Assembly: GCA_964562225.1 (NCBI GenBank)
Contig: CAZLSU010000001.1
Span: forward strand, 1,412 to 65,411
DNA: 64,000 nt
From: an uncultured Sphingobium sp.
GTDB lineage: Bacteria > Pseudomonadota > Alphaproteobacteria > Sphingomonadales > Sphingomonadaceae
Direction of reading: 5' to 3'
The notes beneath the pieces were generated by a model. That model had not been told where the DNA came from. It did no database searches and saw only the letters and a program-made list of their open reading frames with translations. How positions within the stretch are numbered: the first letter of the stretch is position 1; every line of letters starts with the position of its first letter. Shown piece after piece: positions 29,870 through 41,340 of the stretch. Made by a program: the position numbers and the translations under genes.

Positions 29870-30291
29870 GCCCCGTCACGGAACTGGCCGTCTCGTTGCT
29901 GATCCTGCTCGGCGGCGCGTTCGCGCTGATCGGCAGTTGGGGACTGGTCCGGTTGCCGTCGCTGATGACCCGGCTGCATGGGCCTACCAAGGCGACGACC
30001 TTGGGCGTGGGGAGTTGCCTCATCGCCTCGATGATCTATTTCCCCGCCAGCGGCGCGAACTGGTCAGCCCATGAGCTTCTCATCACGCTCTTCCTGTTCA
30101 TCACCGCCCCGGTCGCTGCCAATATGATTGCCAAGGCCCATTTGCACCGCCAGCGGTGCCGGCTGGACGCGGACGCTGCGGACGGTATCAAGGAAGAGCT
30201 GCCGGATCCGGGTCACGGAACGGGCTGGGCGACGTTCTGGACGCCGACAACCGCCGAGAAGCAGGACCTCCCTGTGCCCCCACGCCGCTAA
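29866..30291 (+). CDS. phaG: Mrp/Pha antiporter subunit G
   Basis: RLHGPTKATTLG...FLFITAPVAANMIAKA. Confidence 0.92.
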   Translation: MSPVTELAVSLLILLGGAFALIGSWGLVRLPSLMTRLHGPTKATTLGVGSCLIASMIYFPASGANWSAHELLITLFLFITAPVAANMIAKAHLHRQRCRLDADAADGIKEELPDPGHGTGWATFWTPTTAEKQDLPVPPRR

Positions 30292-30349
30292 GCCGGCGTT
30301 GTGCGCCCGTTCCATCAGACGTTCGCAATCTGCCAGTGTCTGAACCCGG

Positions 30350-30802
30350 CTATCCTGGCCGATCGTTCTCCAGGCCTCGCTCGAGCAGCTTCAGGCGGTC
30401 GACAATGGAAAAGAAGAAGGCGGTGGACCATCCGATCAGGATGATGCCGCTGGCCCCCTCGATCGCGCCCAGGATGCGGCTGCCCTGAGGCAGGATCAGA
30501 TCGCCATATCCAATGGTTACATAGGTCGAGGTAGAGAAGTAGAGCGCATGTTCGAAATCAGGAAAGGCGCCCAGCCACCAATAGACTCCGGCCCAAGTCC
30601 AGATCTCGACCGAATGAAGCGCGAAAAGGCCGAACGCGGCCAGAAGGATCACACCCGTATTGAAGAGGGCCGCCAGCCAACGGCTCGATGCATGCCGATG
30701 ACGGCGCAATATTGCGAGCAGGGCGGCAAGACCCGTGAGATGGACGAGCACGGTTGCAGCGACGACCAGCGTGGCGGTCGCAAGTTGCATGGATAATGTC
30801 AT
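30350..30802 (-). CDS. Small potassium-channel family protein
   Basis: ALYFSTSTYVTIGYGD selectivity-filter motif between TM helices. Confidence 0.88.
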   Translation of the reverse strand: MTLSMQLATATLVVAATVLVHLTGLAALLAILRRHRHASSRWLAALFNTGVILLAAFGLFALHSVEIWTWAGVYWWLGAFPDFEHALYFSTSTYVTIGYGDLILPQGSRILGAIEGASGIILIGWSTAFFFSIVDRLKLLERGLENDRPG

Positions 30803-30892
30803 GGCGGCGAGGTTGGCACAGCAAACGTGACCCGCCCACCGTAATTATCTGACGAGACAATCCTGGCGGAGCAAGAAGAGACGCAATCACCG

Positions 30893-33574
30893 TCAGGGCC
30901 TCAGTTCCGTAAACCATCCCAGGCGCCGCATCAGCAGCTTTTCCAGTTCGAGGAAGAGCAGGAGGCCAATGGCGATTCCGATGATCAACAGCCCGTCCTG
31001 CAGGGTAAGCGGCCGGGTCTCGAAAATGTCGTTCATGAACGGCGCGTAGGTAAACAAAAGCTGGGAGGCAACGACCCCGCCAACTGCCCAGAGCACTGCC
31101 GGTGTGCCCAGCGCTCCGCGCCAGGTCAGCGAGCGCATGTGGAGGTACCGCACGCTGAACATATAAAAGACCTCCGCCACCGCGACCATGTTGACCACCA
31201 TGGTTCGCGCCGTCTCGATCCCGCGCCCGCTGTCCAGTGCGTAAAAGAAGACGCCCAGCGACATGGCTGTGAAGAGCAGCGACAGGAGGACGACCCTCCA
31301 GAGCAGGAATGGGGACAGCAGCGGCGCGTTGGCGGCGCGCGGCGACCGGCACATGACGCCCGGCTCCGCGGGTTCGAACGCCAATACGAGACCGAGCGTG
31401 ACCGCCGTGACCAGGTTGATCCACAGGATCTGGGTTGCCGTCATCGGCAACGCGAAGCCCAGCAGGATGGCAAGGACGATGACCAGCATCTCACCGCCAT
31501 CGGTGGGCAAGGTCAGGGCGATGACCTTGCGGATATTGTCATGGACAGTGCGCCCTTCCCGGACCGCGGCGACGATGGAGACGAAATTGTCATCGAGGAG
31601 AACCATGTGCGCCGCTTCGCGGGCAGCCTCGGTTCCCTTGAGGCCCATGGCCGTCCCGACATCCGCCTGCTTGAGCGCGGGCGCGTCATTCACGCCGTCA
31701 CCAGTCATCGCGACGATCGCCCCGCCCTTCTGGAGAGCCCGGATGATGCGCAGCTTGTGTTCGGGGCTGGTGCGCGCAAAAACCGATACGCCGGCTATGG
31801 CGATCGCCAGATCATCGTCGGAAACCGCGTCGAGCTCGGCGCCTGTCATCGCCTTGGGATCGTCGGTCAGATCGAGCTGGCGCGCGATCGCCAGCGCGGT
31901 GGCGACATGATCGCCGGTGATCATCTTGACCGCGATGCCGGCCGAACGGCACTGTGCGATCGCGGCCAGCGCCTCCTCCCGGGGAGGGTCGATGAAGCCG
32001 ATCAGGCCGAGAAACTCCACGCCTTCGCGAAGATCGGCGAAGGACAGGTCGTCCTGCGGAGCGGCCAGTCGTTTCATCCCGAAGCCGAGCACGCGTTCGC
32101 CCGCCGCAGCCGCCATGGCGGCACTGCCCGCCCAGCCCGAGCGGTCGTCGGCCGGGATCATGTCCAACACGGCTTCCGGGGCACCCTTGATCATGATCAC
32201 GCCACCGCCGTCGGGTGCCCGATGCAGCGTCGCCATGAAACGGTGCATGGCGTCGAACGGGATCTCATCAAGACGGAGCCATTCATCGCGCACATGGTCG
32301 GGGTTGATGCCGGCCTTCATCGCGAGCGCGACAAGCGCGCCCTCCATGGGATCGCCTTCAACGATCCAGCCCGCTTCGTCCTGGCGCAGGCGGGCGTCGT
32401 TGCACAGCAGCGCGGCACGGATGATGGGAGAAGCGGAGGCGACGGCCCCGATATCATCGTCATGATTTTCGGCCGTCAGCGCCCCCTCGGGTACATAGCC
32501 CGATCCCGAGACGCGAATCTCGTGCCCGGCAATGACGATCCGGCGCGCGGTCATCTCGTTGCGCGTCAGCGTGCCGGTCTTGTCGGTACAGATCACCGAA
32601 GTGGCCCCCAGCGTCTCTACCGCCGGCAGCTTGCGGATCACCGCCTTGCGCGCCGCCATCCGCTGGACACCGATGGCGAGGGTGATGGTGATGACGGCGG
32701 GCAGGCCTTCGGGAATGGCTCCGACCGCAAGGGCCACGACCGCAATAAGCGCATCGGACCAGTCATAATTTCGGATCACGACAGCGAAAATGAACAGGAG
32801 TGCTGCCCCGACCAGTACGAGCGCCGTGAAGCGCCGCGCGAAGCTGTTGATCTGGCGGAGGAGCGGCGTGGTCACCTTTTCGACCGATTGCACGAGCCCG
32901 CTGATATGCCCGATCTGCGTCCGGCTCCCTGTCGCCGTGACCAAGCCCGTCGCCTGGCCGGCCGCCACCAGCGTTCCCGAGAAGGCCATCGAACGGCGTT
33001 CGCCGAGCGAACTCTCGGCAGCGACCGCAGCCTCATGCTTATCTGCCGCGACCGATTCGCCGGTCAGCAGCGCCTCGTCGATGGTCAGCCCGCGGGCGCG
33101 CACGATGCGCACATCCGCCGGAACGCGGTCGCCGGCCTCCAGCAGCACCACGTCGCCCGGCACGACGTCGGACGCTGCCACCGTCTGGCGCGCGCCGTCG
33201 CGCAGCACCGTCGCATGCGGGGCTATGAGATCGCGGATTGCCCCAAGCGCCTGTTCGGCCTTGCCTTCCTGGACGAATCCGACAAGCGCGTTGATCAGCA
33301 CCACGAACAGCACGACCGCCGCATCGACCATGTGCCCCAGCATCAGCGCGGCGGCGGCGGCGGCCAGAAGAAAATAGATCAGCGCGCTGTTGAACTGCGC
33401 GAGCAGTCGAAAGAGGGGATTTGGCGGCGGCGGTGGCGGCAGGCTGTTCGGCCCGAAACGGGTCTTCCGTTGGCGTGCCTCTTCCTGGTCGAGCCCGGCG
33501 CGACGGCTGTCGAGGTTCGTCAGCGCCTCGTCCGCTTCCATGGCGTGCCATGCGAGATCGTCGTCCAGCCGCAC
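30893..33574 (-). CDS. P2A-like cation (Ca2+)-transporting P-type ATPase
   Basis: [45 protein letters not shown]. Confidence 0.92.
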   Translation of the reverse strand: MRLDDDLAWHAMEADEALTNLDSRRAGLDQEEARQRKTRFGPNSLPPPPPPNPLFRLLAQFNSALIYFLLAAAAAALMLGHMVDAAVVLFVVLINALVGFVQEGKAEQALGAIRDLIAPHATVLRDGARQTVAASDVVPGDVVLLEAGDRVPADVRIVRARGLTIDEALLTGESVAADKHEAAVAAESSLGERRSMAFSGTLVAAGQATGLVTATGSRTQIGHISGLVQSVEKVTTPLLRQINSFARRFTALVLVGAALLFIFAVVIRNYDWSDALIAVVALAVGAIPEGLPAVITITLAIGVQRMAARKAVIRKLPAVETLGATSVICTDKTGTLTRNEMTARRIVIAGHEIRVSGSGYVPEGALTAENHDDDIGAVASASPIIRAALLCNDARLRQDEAGWIVEGDPMEGALVALAMKAGINPDHVRDEWLRLDEIPFDAMHRFMATLHRAPDGGGVIMIKGAPEAVLDMIPADDRSGWAGSAAMAAAAGERVLGFGMKRLAAPQDDLSFADLREGVEFLGLIGFIDPPREEALAAIAQCRSAGIAVKMITGDHVATALAIARQLDLTDDPKAMTGAELDAVSDDDLAIAIAGVSVFARTSPEHKLRIIRALQKGGAIVAMTGDGVNDAPALKQADVGTAMGLKGTEAAREAAHMVLLDDNFVSIVAAVREGRTVHDNIRKVIALTLPTDGGEMLVIVLAILLGFALPMTATQILWINLVTAVTLGLVLAFEPAEPGVMCRSPRAANAPLLSPFLLWRVVLLSLLFTAMSLGVFFYALDSGRGIETARTMVVNMVAVAEVFYMFSVRYLHMRSLTWRGALGTPAVLWAVGGVVASQLLFTYAPFMNDIFETRPLTLQDGLLIIGIAIGLLLFLELEKLLMRRLGWFTELRP

Positions 33575-33781
33575 TCATTCTGCTCCCGCTAAAACATGCC
33601 GCGCGAGGCGGCGATGACTTCGATGCAGACTTCGGGGCTGCTCGCTTTCAGTTGATGGTAATAGTCGATGCCATCTGCCCTATAGTCTCTCGGGGAACCT
33701 ACGTAACGTCAAATGACCCGATGATCAGCATAGGGTTCGCTCCGAGCCCCGATACCGCAGATTCGGCCGGACGGCGAAGCC

Positions 33782-34810
33782 ATGGAGAATGAGGCAATCA
33801 TGAGCCTATTATTGCTGCCATGGCTGAAGTTCGCGCTGTGTGCCTGCCTGATCGGGCTGGCCGGGCCGGTTCTGGCGCGTTCCGGCGATACGATCGCAAG
33901 GATCACCGGTCTGTCGCGCTCCTGGGTGGGGCTCGTACTGCTTGCGACAGCCACATCCCTGCCCGAATTGTTCACCGGGGTGAGCGCGGTGACCGCTGCC
34001 GCAGCGCCCAACATCGCGGTCGGCGACGCATTGGGAAGCTGCGTCTTCAATCTGGTCCTCCTGGTTCTCCTCGACGTGCTCAGTCCCGACGAGCCGATTT
34101 ATGGACGCATGGAGCAGGGGCATATTCTGACGGCGGCGTTCGGCGTGATCCTGATCGGCTTCGTCGGTGCGCTGTTGCTTATCGGGCGGGGCGATCTCGA
34201 CCTGCGCATCTTCCACATCAGCATTTATACGCCGTTCCTGATCATCCTCTACTTCGTCGCGATGCGCGCCTCATTTTTCTATCAGCGCAGAAACGGTGCC
34301 GGGTCCGTGCTGGGCACCCGGACGTCCGAACCCGGCCTCGGTGCGGCGATCGCCCGCTATATCGCCGCCGCGGCCGTGGTTGCTGCGGCGGGGAGCTGGC
34401 TGCCTTTCGTCGGGCTTGAGATTGCCGAGGTCATGGGATGGCGAACCAGCTTCGTGGGCACGATCTTCATTGCCGCGGCGACCTCGCTTCCCGAGTTGGT
34501 GGTGACCGTCGCGGCCCTGCGCCTGGGGGCGGTCGACATGGCGGTCGGCAACCTGCTCGGCAGCAATCTGTTCGACATACTGGTCATTGCCATCGATGAT
34601 ATCGCCTATACCGACGGGTCCCTGCTCGCCGCCGCTTCATCGGCCCATGCAGGATCGGCCTTCGCCGCCGTCATCATGTCGGGAATATTCATCGTGGCGC
34701 TGCTGTATCGCCCCGGCGCACGGTTTCTTGGCAAGGTCGGCTGGGTCAGCCTCTTCCTGCTCGCGATCTACCTCCTGAGCTCCTACACAATCTTTCTGCT
34801 GGGGCATTAG
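33782..34810 (+). CDS. Ca2+/Na+ antiporter (CaCA, YrbG-like)
   Basis: Two alpha repeats ATSLPEL with GDALGS / GNLLGSN. Confidence 0.88.
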   Translation: MENEAIMSLLLLPWLKFALCACLIGLAGPVLARSGDTIARITGLSRSWVGLVLLATATSLPELFTGVSAVTAAAAPNIAVGDALGSCVFNLVLLVLLDVLSPDEPIYGRMEQGHILTAAFGVILIGFVGALLLIGRGDLDLRIFHISIYTPFLIILYFVAMRASFFYQRRNGAGSVLGTRTSEPGLGAAIARYIAAAAVVAAAGSWLPFVGLEIAEVMGWRTSFVGTIFIAAATSLPELVVTVAALRLGAVDMAVGNLLGSNLFDILVIAIDDIAYTDGSLLAAASSAHAGSAFAAVIMSGIFIVALLYRPGARFLGKVGWVSLFLLAIYLLSSYTIFLLGH

Positions 34811-34908
34811 CGGGTGGCATCTGCATGCCTGAACAAATATCTATCGCTGGGCGCCGATCCTCGGAACTGCTCACTGGCGCACCGTGGGGCTTGTCGGGTG
34901 ACAAGGTT

Positions 34909-35613
34909 CTACCGCTTGCCCCGGAACAACTGGGGGTTTCGGGCGAGGAAACGGCTTACCCAGGTATCGACACGCCTGTTTCGAACGCCCGTCAGGTAGC
35001 GCCAGCCCATAGCGCTCATGACCGCTGCACCGAGCGCATCGACGATCAAGTCCCACATGGTGTCGGTCAGGCCCGACGGATCGCCGAGCATCGGCTTTTG
35101 CATCGTGAGGCCGAAGACCTCGTCCATTCCAAACTCAAATATTTCCCAAAAGGTGCCAATGCCTACGCTGAAAAGGAAAGCGAAGAGCGCGACGAACGAC
35201 GGTCGCATCTGCAGATCGACGAGATCATTCTCATTGAGGATGTAGACGACCAGAAATCCCACAAGGCCCAGAAGGAGCCCTGCCGTGGCGTGCAGCGCCA
35301 GGTCCCACCACCACAGCCGCTCGTAATAGGCCCGGACTTCGCCAAGGAAGATGGTGGCGAAGATGAACAGGATTGCGAGTATCTGAAGCTCCGACGGGAT
35401 CACCACGCCAAGTCGCTTCGGCGCGATGAAGGGAACCAGAGTAGCCGCCATGACGGCCACGACAAGGAAGGCCTGCATCCATCCCTCGGCGCGTAGGAGA
35501 AGCAGCAGTTCCGCCGCCATGATCAGTTGGGTGATCGTGAGGACGGCAAGATGGGCACGCCTCGCGAGGCCGGCGCTTGCGGGAGTGTTTGTTGTGGAAG
35601 AATTATCGGGCAT
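34909..35613 (-). CDS. Membrane protein, unknown function
   Basis: Multiple TMs with WWDLALH, FWEIFEF, DTMWDL motifs. Confidence 0.7.
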   Translation of the reverse strand: MPDNSSTTNTPASAGLARRAHLAVLTITQLIMAAELLLLLRAEGWMQAFLVVAVMAATLVPFIAPKRLGVVIPSELQILAILFIFATIFLGEVRAYYERLWWWDLALHATAGLLLGLVGFLVVYILNENDLVDLQMRPSFVALFAFLFSVGIGTFWEIFEFGMDEVFGLTMQKPMLGDPSGLTDTMWDLIVDALGAAVMSAMGWRYLTGVRNRRVDTWVSRFLARNPQLFRGKR

Positions 35614-35727
35614 GCAGGAAATCTAGACGCCTAAGAGCGCCCCGAACAGTCGCGGCGTAACCTCGACGAATGCAGATTGCTCCCGAGGCAAGACGGGTGT
35701 CGTTCGGGCACACCTTGCAGGGTGCCA

Positions 35728-37239
35728 TCACGCGAAGCGGCTTAGGGCAAATACCAGCAGGCCAGCGACGGACGAATAAAGTATGCACGCGGGTAGCGTG
35801 CGCTTCATGACCTCGCCCTCGCGACCAACAAGGCCGACGGTCGCTGCGCCGGCTACGATATTGTGCGGCGTGATGATGTTCCCGATGGCGGCGCCGACAC
35901 CCTGGCCCGCGGTGACAAGCATCGGCGAGAGGCCTGTACTCAGCGCGGTCGCATACTGGAAATTCCCGAGCAGTATGTTGGATGCCGTCGCTGATCCGGT
36001 GACGAATGTGCCAAGGACACCAGCCGCTGGGGCCGCGATGGCCCAGCCGCTTCCCAATGTCGTTGCCGCTGCGCTCGCCAGTATGTCGATCATTCCTGAA
36101 TGAACCATCAGGCGGGCGAGAAGCAGGACGGAAACCAGGGCTGCGGCAACGGCGGGAACCCGGGCTGCGGCCGTGATCGCTGCCATTCCGACCCGGCGAA
36201 TGCCGCCAGGGTGCGAAGCTCCGGTGAGCAGCAGACCGACAGACAGCATCGTTCCGGGATGATAGAGCGGCGCTATCGTTCCCCCAAAACTCCCAGCAAG
36301 AGTCCATTGCAGCGCGGGTTCGCGCAGCCAGTTCTGAAGCGGCGGCACAAGCCGCGTCACCAGAACCAGGCCGAGGATCATCAAATATGGCGTCCCCGCG
36401 CGCAGCAGTCCCTTCGCGCCGGGCGAAGGTCCCGCGTTTCCATACGGCTTCTTCCAACGCACCAATCCCACGAACAGAATCGCCCCGAAAAAGGCCCCGC
36501 CCAGCGTCGGCAGCTCTGGTCCGATGGCCCAGGCGATCAGGATGGCCGGGACGAGAAAGAAGGCGGAAGCACTTCCCACCCAGATCAGCCACGCGAAGCC
36601 CTTGCCGGCGGTTTGCAGTCCATCACCCGCCCCGCGATAGAGAAGTGCAGCCATCATCCAGCCGAGTGCTGCATGAAGAAGCGTGATGGTGACTGACAGC
36701 GTGCGCGGATCAAACCCGGTGGCCTCGACCAGCGGCACGATCGGCGTGCCGACTGCTCCGAAAGAAACCCCCACGGCATGACCGATGAGCGCCAGGCTCA
36801 GCGCCTTCACCGGCGGGAAGCCCAGTCCGACAAGCAGGGGCGCGGCCAACGCGACCGGGGTTCCGAAGCCTGCCGCGCCCTCGAGAAATAGTGCAAAGAA
36901 CCATGCGACCAGCAGGGCCACGACGCGCGGGTCGTCGGTCAGGCCCGCCAGCCACCGTCCGATAAGATCGGTCGCGCCGGATCGGGTCTGATAGTCGTGG
37001 ATGGCGAGCGCCGGAAAGACGATCCACAAAATGGTCAGCGCCGTGAAGACGGCTTCGAGAAGAGGGCCGGCCAAGCCGACCGACAATCCGGCGCCATCCA
37101 TTCCATAGCCAAGCCCGAACACCGCGACGATCACCGCTCCAGCGGCGCTCGCCATTCCAGCCTTGGCGGCCGACCAGCGTGCGCCAAGGAGTAGCCCCAG
37201 CAGGAGTAGCACCGGCAGCAGCGCCAGAAACGTCGCCAC
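35728..37239 (-). CDS. lctP: L-lactate permease
   Basis: FLEGAAGFGTP, FGAVGTP, FVTGSATASN, GAAIGNIITPHN. Confidence 0.88.
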   Translation of the reverse strand: MATFLALLPVLLLLGLLLGARWSAAKAGMASAAGAVIVAVFGLGYGMDGAGLSVGLAGPLLEAVFTALTILWIVFPALAIHDYQTRSGATDLIGRWLAGLTDDPRVVALLVAWFFALFLEGAAGFGTPVALAAPLLVGLGFPPVKALSLALIGHAVGVSFGAVGTPIVPLVEATGFDPRTLSVTITLLHAALGWMMAALLYRGAGDGLQTAGKGFAWLIWVGSASAFFLVPAILIAWAIGPELPTLGGAFFGAILFVGLVRWKKPYGNAGPSPGAKGLLRAGTPYLMILGLVLVTRLVPPLQNWLREPALQWTLAGSFGGTIAPLYHPGTMLSVGLLLTGASHPGGIRRVGMAAITAAARVPAVAAALVSVLLLARLMVHSGMIDILASAAATTLGSGWAIAAPAAGVLGTFVTGSATASNILLGNFQYATALSTGLSPMLVTAGQGVGAAIGNIITPHNIVAGAATVGLVGREGEVMKRTLPACILYSSVAGLLVFALSRFA

Positions 37240-37241
37240 GC

Positions 37242-38243
37242 TCAGGCGAGCCGTTCGACCGAAACTTCGTGCGCCGGCCGGCCGGTATCCTCGAACACCG
37301 ATATATTGTTGATCGTAGTCGCGGCGATCGCGCTCATGGCCTGATCGGTGAAGAAAGCTTGATGTCCCGTGATCAGGACATTGGGGAAGGTCAGCAGGCG
37401 CGCAAACACGTCGTCCTGGATCATCTGGTCGGACAGGTCTTCGAAGAAGAGGTCGCCCTCCTCCTCATAGACGTCGAGGCCAAGATAGCCGATCCGCCCC
37501 GATTTGAGGCCTGCGGTCACTGCTTGGGTGTCGATCACGGCGCCCCGGCTGGTGTTGATCAGCATCACGCCCGGTTTCATGCGGCTGATCGCCGTGGCGT
37601 CGATGATGTGCCGCGTGTGCGGTGTCAGCGGGCAATGGAGGGACACGATATCCGACCGTGAAAAAAGTTCGTCCATATCGACGTAGGCGCCACCCAGCCG
37701 TTCCAGGGCCGGATCGGGGGAGGGATCGCACGCCAGCACATGGCATCCGAATCCGCGCATGATACCGGCAAGCGTCATACCGATCTGGCCCGTACCGATA
37801 ATGCCGATGGTATGTTTATGAAGGTCAAAGCCGAGCAGCCCGTCCAGAGCGAAATTGCCTTCCCTGACGCGGGCATAGGCACGGTGCATTTTGCGATTGA
37901 GCGAGAGGATCAGCGCCACCGTATGCTCTGCCACCGCATGGGGCGAATATCCCGGAACCCGTCCCACGGCGATCCCGGCGGCTTCCGCTGCTGCGAGGTC
38001 TACATTGTTGAATCCCGCGCACCGAAGCGCGATCAATCGAACGCCTCGCTGGGACAGCTTCTCGATCACTGCGCGGTCAAGCTGGTCATTGACGAAGACG
38101 CAGACCGCGTCGGCGGTATCCGACAGCGCCACCGTCTCTGCCGTCAATCGGGGCTCGATATATGCCAGCCGATGCCGCCCGCCATTGGCCGCATCCAGAA
38201 ACTGACGATCATAGGGCTTACTGCTGAATACGCCGACCTTCAT
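37242..38243 (-). CDS. ldhA: NAD-dependent D-lactate (2-hydroxyacid) dehydrogenase
   Basis: [60 protein letters not shown]. Confidence 0.9.
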   Translation of the reverse strand: MKVGVFSSKPYDRQFLDAANGGRHRLAYIEPRLTAETVALSDTADAVCVFVNDQLDRAVIEKLSQRGVRLIALRCAGFNNVDLAAAEAAGIAVGRVPGYSPHAVAEHTVALILSLNRKMHRAYARVREGNFALDGLLGFDLHKHTIGIIGTGQIGMTLAGIMRGFGCHVLACDPSPDPALERLGGAYVDMDELFSRSDIVSLHCPLTPHTRHIIDATAISRMKPGVMLINTSRGAVIDTQAVTAGLKSGRIGYLGLDVYEEEGDLFFEDLSDQMIQDDVFARLLTFPNVLITGHQAFFTDQAMSAIAATTINNISVFEDTGRPAHEVSVERLA

Positions 38244-38539
38244 CGCGGTGCATGTGCCGTGGTCATGACTGGAGTTCCCATGCCGCGCCACAGGGTCAAA
38301 ATCCACGGGGCGCTGCTGGGGGTATGGTGCTCGGTTAGAGGTCGTGGTGCAATCATCTCATGATCGCAGACGATGGCATTGGACGAGGGGGCGTCTGCCG
38401 GCCGCCATATCGACGCCCCGTGGCCTGTCGCGGATCTCGTCACGGTGGATGGCGAAAGGCGGTTCAGCGCAAACTAGCCTCCGCCGGGCGCAGACGTTCG
38501 TGGAAATCCGCAACTCAAACCCGGACGGAGACCCGGACG

Positions 38540-38783
38540 CCTGGCTTGGGCGGGCGTGTATATTCTGCTGGGTGCATTTGCAGACCTCGAGCAGGCACTC
38601 TATTTTTCTACATCCACCTATGTGACGATCGGATATGGGGACATAGTTCTTCCCAAAGGCAGCCGTATATTGGGCGCTATCGAGGGTGCCAGCGGAATCA
38701 TTCTCATCGGGTGGTCGACGGCGTTCTTCTTTTCCATCGTCGATCGTATGCGGCTTCTGGAACGAGGACTTGCCAAGGATTGA
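38540..38783 (+). pseudogene. 5'-truncated paralog of the K+ channel gene at 30350-30802
   Basis: WAGVY...ALYFSTSTYVTIGYGD...GWSTAFFFSIVDR matches the C-terminal half of the intact copy; N-terminal helices absent. Confidence 0.8.
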
Positions 38784-38818
38784 TCGGAACCCGGATAGCC
38801 CCTGGAGCGGCAAACTGG

Positions 38819-39721
38819 CTATCGGGCGGCCGCGCTGTCCTTACGGTCTGAGCTCCATGTCGCCAGAACCTCGCCGGTCGCGCCATTCTCGATCGCAAAT
38901 TCACTCACCACGGTGGCGATCACGCAGATCGGTCGCTGCTCTGGCCCCCCAGGCTGGCGACATAGGGCGGGCGACCCGCCCGGCACGTTCGCGATCTTGC
39001 CGCTGAGCCGCAACCGGAAGCCTTGCGCAATCTGCAACGCCTCAGGCTCAACCCGAAGAACCGTCTCAAAGGCTTTGCCATCCCGTCGTCCCTGACGTGA
39101 ATCATCCGTCCTGAAAAACTGCGCCAAGGCAAGTGTCTGACCTGTCGGGGTTGCAGGCTCGATACGGCTTGCGACCGCCTGGCCGCCTGAAGGACATTCT
39201 TCACTGCCAGTCCAGGGGCGATTGATCCAGAACCCCTCGATCACCTCGACAGCGTCCGGTGCCGTGGCAGCATCCGACCACCAGTCTCGCGCGGCCCAGA
39301 CGACCGGCGCCACATGGAGCCGCAGCGCTTTTTTATCCTCGTCGTACCGCCAGCGCATTGGCTCAATGCTATCCTTATCGGCAGCCCCCTGGCATCCAAA
39401 GGGAAGCCGCACGTCAAAACGGCGGCCCTCTGCCTTCAATATATCAGCGGGGATAGCCCGGTCCGCAGCCAATGCATCCGCCGCATCCGCTGCGAGGGCG
39501 ACAAGATCAGACCGGTTGAGAGCGCTGCTTGCTCCGGGCGGCTTTTCTGGTGCCGTAACCGGGCGCGGCGTTGCGATGGGTATTTGCGGCGCTATGGCGA
39601 CCTGCCGCTCCGACGTGCCGCGCCCCAGCAAAAAGCCGCCGCCGCCAGCGATCAGCACGACGGCTATTCCGCCAGCGAGTGCCAGTCGACTTGTCCTAAC
39701 GCTTGGCTCTCTCATAAACAC
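38819..39721 (-). CDS. Hypothetical membrane-anchored periplasmic protein
   Basis: N-terminal hydrophobic helix, Pro-rich linker, four Cys; LPFGC and EGFWINRPW motifs. Confidence 0.65.
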   Translation of the reverse strand: MFMREPSVRTSRLALAGGIAVVLIAGGGGFLLGRGTSERQVAIAPQIPIATPRPVTAPEKPPGASSALNRSDLVALAADAADALAADRAIPADILKAEGRRFDVRLPFGCQGAADKDSIEPMRWRYDEDKKALRLHVAPVVWAARDWWSDAATAPDAVEVIEGFWINRPWTGSEECPSGGQAVASRIEPATPTGQTLALAQFFRTDDSRQGRRDGKAFETVLRVEPEALQIAQGFRLRLSGKIANVPGGSPALCRQPGGPEQRPICVIATVVSEFAIENGATGEVLATWSSDRKDSAAAR

Positions 39722-39835
39722 TTGATAGCATATCCTTTCTCAGGCTCCAGGCCCTATGCGCCCCTTCAACCGATCATCAGGAGACATCATGCACGATCGC
39801 ACGGTCAATTATGTGGCCGTCGCCGCAGGGCCAAG

Positions 39836-41137
39836 GTGAACGTCGATCAGATCCTGACGTTAGTGGTGCTCGTCGCCGTGGTCGCAGCACTGATATGGGA
39901 CAAGATACGGTCCGATGTGGTTGCGCTCACTGGGGCTGCTATCCTGTTGATGACTGGGGTCGTGCGCCCGGTCGAACTCCAGGGTGCCTTTGCGAGCCCG
40001 GCGATCATCGCGCTCGCGTCGCTGTTCGTGATTGCCTATGCCCTCGAACTGTCCGGTATGCTTGATCGAGCGATCGAAGCCGCGGTCCGCATGTGCAAAC
40101 GGCTCGGATCGGCCGGGCTATGGCTGCTACTGGCGATAATCGGTATCTTCTCATGCTTTCTCAACAGCACACCGATGGTTGTTCTGGGTGCTCCCGTCGT
40201 CCGCGATGTCGCGATCGCATTGAAACTTCAGCCCAAGCGCTATCTGATGCCGCTATCGTACGTCACCGTTTTAGCGGGGTGCTGCACGCTGATCGGCACC
40301 TCCACGAACCTGCTGGTGGATGACATGGCACGGGTTGCCGGGCAGCCTCGCTTCGGCATATTTGAAATCACACCGGTGGGACTGCCGGTGGCGCTGGCCG
40401 GGGCGCTCTACCTCTTTCTTTTCAGCGGTAAACTCATGCGCGGCAGTCTTTCAGAGCCACTGCCCGACACGCCACGTCATGATATTGACGTGCATAGCGT
40501 TCAGGTCGGTGATGCGGCGCTCTTCGCGGAGCCGCGCCCCTTTCAACCGGCAAAGGCTGCTATCGCGCTTGCCATCTTCGTTGGCGCCATCGCCGTTGCA
40601 GCGCTCAATATTGCCCCGATTGCTGCTTCCGCCTTCGCTGGCGCCGTGCTTCTCATTCTGCTCCGGGTCATCACGGCTGACCAGGCCTATGGCGGTCTCA
40701 AGCCGGAAATCCTTATCCTGATCGCCGGTATGGTGGTAATCGGTATCGCGATGGAAGAAAGCGGGCTTGCATCCGCTGCGACCGGAGCACTTGTCGGGTC
40801 GATGCGCGAATTTGGCCCGCTCACCGCACTGATTGTGCTCTATGGCCTGACGATGGTGCTGACCGAGTTACTGTCCAATGCGACGGTCGCAGTGCTTGTG
40901 ACACCCATTGCGGTGGCGCTGGCCGACAGTCTGGGCGTCAGTCCGCGGCCCTTCCTGATCGCCGTCATGATGGCAGGTAGCGCCGCTTTTGCCACGCCAT
41001 TCGGCTATCAGACCAACGTCATTGTCTATCAGATGGGCGGCTATCGATACATGGACTTCGTGCGTGTCGGATTGCCGCTCAACCTTTTGACCTATGCCGT
41101 CGCGATTGTAGCCATCCAGATGTTCTTCCCGTTCTAG
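39836..41137 (+). CDS. SLC13/CitMHS family permease lacking TrkA-C domains
   Basis: FLNSTP, TLIGTSTNLLV, TELLSNAT, ATPFGYQTN; likely GTG start at 39836. Confidence 0.85.
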   Translation: MNVDQILTLVVLVAVVAALIWDKIRSDVVALTGAAILLMTGVVRPVELQGAFASPAIIALASLFVIAYALELSGMLDRAIEAAVRMCKRLGSAGLWLLLAIIGIFSCFLNSTPMVVLGAPVVRDVAIALKLQPKRYLMPLSYVTVLAGCCTLIGTSTNLLVDDMARVAGQPRFGIFEITPVGLPVALAGALYLFLFSGKLMRGSLSEPLPDTPRHDIDVHSVQVGDAALFAEPRPFQPAKAAIALAIFVGAIAVAALNIAPIAASAFAGAVLLILLRVITADQAYGGLKPEILILIAGMVVIGIAMEESGLASAATGALVGSMREFGPLTALIVLYGLTMVLTELLSNATVAVLVTPIAVALADSLGVSPRPFLIAVMMAGSAAFATPFGYQTNVIVYQMGGYRYMDFVRVGLPLNLLTYAVAIVAIQMFFPF

Positions 41138-41251
41138 GCGAGATGGACCATGCCGAGGAAGCTGTTGGTCTGTTGCTCCTAGCGGGTGACGAAGGCGCGA
41201 TTGAGCTTGAGATGGCCGAACAAGCGCTCGAATGCGGTTGTGCTGTTTGTA
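41134..41251 (-). mobile_element. IS5-family transposase C-terminal remnant
   Basis: YKQHNRI/ERLFGHLKLNRAFVTR*EQQTNSFLGMVHLA with a frameshift and a stop, matching the IS5 Y..RN.IER.F..LK..R...TRY pattern. Confidence 0.7.
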
Positions 41252-41340
41252 GGGCGTGCAGTCGTCCGAGGGCACCCGCCAGACGGTAAGGCATACTGGT
41301 GAACCCACCCCGCGGGCGGTCAAGAGCGCGTCGATGACGC

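Noticed and set aside
31139-33592. 817-aa plus-strand ORF and other long antisense ORFs (e.g. 27932-29563, 43325-44509, 20805-21932)
   Set aside because: Shadow frames of well-supported genes in high-GC DNA; Arg/His/Gly-rich with no motifs.
39314-39835. N-terminal extension of the SLC13 ORF (likewise 60064-60645 for the relaxase)
   Set aside because: Each overlaps another gene and looks non-coding; family similarity begins at the later start.
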